Positions 62,037 through 64,000 of a DNA stretch of 64,000 bases are shown in pieces; within the stretch, counting starts at the first letter, position 1; each line of letters starts with the position of its first letter. The notes beneath the pieces were generated by a model. It was given only the letters and a program-made list of their open reading frames with translations. It was not told where the DNA came from and made no database searches. The stretch covers positions 496,001-560,000 of the forward strand of contig JAPDFW010000056.1 in NCBI GenBank assembly GCA_028826165.1, written 5' to 3'. This stretch comes from Anaeramoeba ignava BMAN. Its lineage: Eukaryota; Protista; Anaeramoebae. Made by a program: the position numbers and the translations under genes.

Positions 62037-63707
62037 TTAAATTTTTATAGAAAAAGGTAATTTTCTTGTAATTGCTTCAATAGGTTGAGGAAGAGGTTCA
62101 ATTTTTCCTTTTATAAAATCATTTATTTTAAGAGAATTATTCATTTCAGAATCAGAAAATAAACCATATTGATTTGTAGATTTAGGAATTAACCATTGAA
62201 CTTTACAAAAATAATTTGGATGTTCAATTTGGAAATTTAAAATAATTGCAAAAATTTCCAATCCTCCTTCAATTCTCATTCCAACACAATCTCCAATAGA
62301 AATAACTGTTTCTTCATTTTGATTTTTTTCATTTTGATTTTGAATTTGATTTTGATTTTCAATTTGATTTTGATTTTGATTTTGATTTATATTTTGATTT
62401 TGATTTATATTTTGATTTATATTTTGATTTATATTTTGATTTTTATTTTGATTTTGATTTTGATTTTGATTTTGATTTTGATTTATATTTTGATTTATAT
62501 TTTGATTTTGATTTATATTTTGATTTTGATTTTGATTTATATTTTGATTTTGATTTTGATTTATATTTTGATTTTGATTTTGATTTATATTTTGATTTTG
62601 ATTTTGATTTTGATTTATATTTTGATTTTGATTTTGATTTTGATTTATATTTTGATTTTGATTTATATTTTGATTTTGATTTATATTTTGATTTTGATTT
62701 ACATTTTGATTTTGATTTATATTTTGATTTTGATTTATATTTTGATTTTGATTTTGATTTTGATTTTGATTTATATTTTGATTTTGATTTATATTTATAT
62801 TTTGATTTTGATTTTGATTTTTGGTTATTGCTGATTTGTTTTTATTATTTAGTCTACTTCTTGTTTGTCTTTTTGAATTTGTTTTCATTCTTTTTGTTAA
62901 TCCTTTTCTATTTTTTTGATTTTTGATTTTTTGTGTTGAATTGACATTTAAAGGTTTTTTTGTATGAGTAATTAAATCAGAAATGGAAAAGTTATTTCTA
63001 TTTCTTTGTTTTTGGTTGTTTGGAGTATTTTGATTTGAATTATTTGGATTACTTGAAATATTTGAAATATTTTGAATATTTTGATTTGGATTATTATTTT
63101 TATTTGAATTATTTGGATTATTTGGATTATTATTTTTATTTGGATTATTTGGATTATTTTTATTTGGATTATTTGGATTATTTTTATTTGGATTATTTGG
63201 ATTATTTTTATTTGAATTATTTTTATTTGAAATATTTTTATTTGAAAGATTATTTGAAATATTTTTATTTGGATTATTTTTATTTGGATTATTTTTATTT
63301 GGATTATTTGGATTATTTTGATTTTGTTGAATATTTTGGATTCTTGAACTTCTTCTTGGAATAGATTTTAAATTATTTGGAATTGGAGGATTTTTTTGAG
63401 AAGGATTATGAAGCAATTGATCAATAATTGAAGGATTGTTATTTTGAGAAGTTTGCAAAATGTTAATTTGTGAATCAATTTTATTTTCATTAGTAATGAT
63501 TGGAATATTTTGTGCTTTCCTTTTTGGAACTCTTCTTTTGGATTTTCTTGTTTGTGAAGGTCTATCAGTTCCATGTCTTTTTCTATAAACTGCACATGCA
63601 TTACAATAATATTTTTCTCCTATTTTTCTCCATAATGGTGTGTTTTTTGTTGAACAATTTGGATTAGAACAAACTTGTACTTCGAGATTTGTTATCTTTG
63701 TTTCCAT
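62037..63707 (-). CDS. GATA zinc-finger protein with N/Q-rich linker and C-terminal BAH-like domain (GATAD1-like), 556 aa
   Basis: CSNPNC-X16-CNAC finger with TPLWR. The C-terminal ISIGDCV...FAII...VQWLIP...FIKG.IEPLP resembles the GATAD1 C-terminal domain (recalled pattern IGDVV..YAQI..LTWLIP..YIIG.EEDLP). Confidence 0.75.
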   Translation of the reverse strand: METKITNLEVQVCSNPNCSTKNTPLWRKIGEKYYCNACAVYRKRHGTDRPSQTRKSKRRVPKRKAQNIPIITNENKIDSQINILQTSQNNNPSIIDQLLHNPSQKNPPIPNNLKSIPRRSSRIQNIQQNQNNPNNPNKNNPNKNNPNKNISNNLSNKNISNKNNSNKNNPNNPNKNNPNNPNKNNPNNPNKNNNPNNPNNSNKNNNPNQNIQNISNISSNPNNSNQNTPNNQKQRNRNNFSISDLITHTKKPLNVNSTQKIKNQKNRKGLTKRMKTNSKRQTRSRLNNKNKSAITKNQNQNQNININQNQNINQNQNQNQNQNINQNQNINQNQNVNQNQNINQNQNINQNQNINQNQNQNQNINQNQNQNQNINQNQNQNINQNQNQNINQNQNQNINQNQNINQNINQNQNQNQNQNQNKNQNINQNINQNINQNQNINQNQNQNQIENQNQIQNQNEKNQNEETVISIGDCVGMRIEGGLEIFAIILNFQIEHPNYFCKVQWLIPKSTNQYGLFSDSEMNNSLKINDFIKGKIEPLPQPIEAITRKLPFSIKI

Positions 63708-64000
63708 TTGCTTTTTTTTTTGTTTTTTTTTTGTGAATAAAACAATTTGAAAAATGAATTTGGTTTTTTAAGAATAAAAAAAGGAAAAAAAAAAATGAAA
63801 AAAAAAATTTTGGAAATTGAATTTTTGGAATTCAAAGTCGATTTTGTTTTTGTAATCAAAAATAGATTTTAGAATTAAAATTAATTAATATTTTGAAATA
63901 AATTAATTAAAATTAATTAAATATTTGAAAATAAATTGATTAAATTTAATTAAATATTTTGAAATAAATTGATTAAATTTAATTAAATATTTTGAAATAA

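Noticed and set aside
943-63601. Dozens of ORFs such as (IK)n, (IL)n, (NF)n, MNLK, KLFI and SLF repeats in the ORF track
   Set aside because: They are stop-free alternative frames or antisense readings of simple repeats in introns, intergenic arrays or N/Q/E-coding tracts, with no domain content.
652-63707. Inteins, transposases, reverse transcriptases or viral genes
   Set aside because: Conserved domains are contiguous after splicing, and I recognised no Hint, LAGLIDADG, DDE or RT motifs. This was by eye only.

Overview
This is a gene-dense eukaryotic window from an extremely AT-rich, intron-rich protist. An Anaeramoeba-like metamonad is plausible from the initiator-like promoter motif and N/Q/E repeat style, but this is inference only. 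By hand splicing I reconstructed 14 genes plus one 3' fragment, containing 39 GT-AG introns: APH-like kinase fragment, ATAD2/Yta7, succinyl-CoA synthetase beta, RPS3, two paralogous ~3,500-aa BEACH proteins, TRAPPC11, a PX protein, RPB8, a MYG1-like protein, an F-box/multi-TM protein, NAXE, glycogen debranching enzyme, a calreticulin-like protein and a GATAD1-like protein. I found no RNA genes, transposons, inteins or CRISPR arrays. Most short ORFs in the track are artefacts of simple repeats. Main observations: (1) conserved coding segments of two essential genes (RPS3 exon 2, RPB8 exon 3) are garbled or replaced in the DNA; local consensus error is the leading explanation, with editing, trans-supply or pseudogenisation as alternatives. 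(2) Synonymous sites switch from A/C to T along exons between AT arrays. (3) Splice signals are minimal (GTA...WAG, 18/39 AAG acceptors, often after poly-A), and each long intron holds its own tandem repeat. (4) A strand-specific TTCATTTT Inr-like motif precedes all 14 genes, and TTCCACTTTT recurs in intergenic DNA. (5) Several proteins look like pseudo-enzymes or have unusual architectures: a calreticulin with no P-domain and a broken lectin site, an MYG1 without catalytic motifs, and an F-box fused to a TMEM185-like domain.
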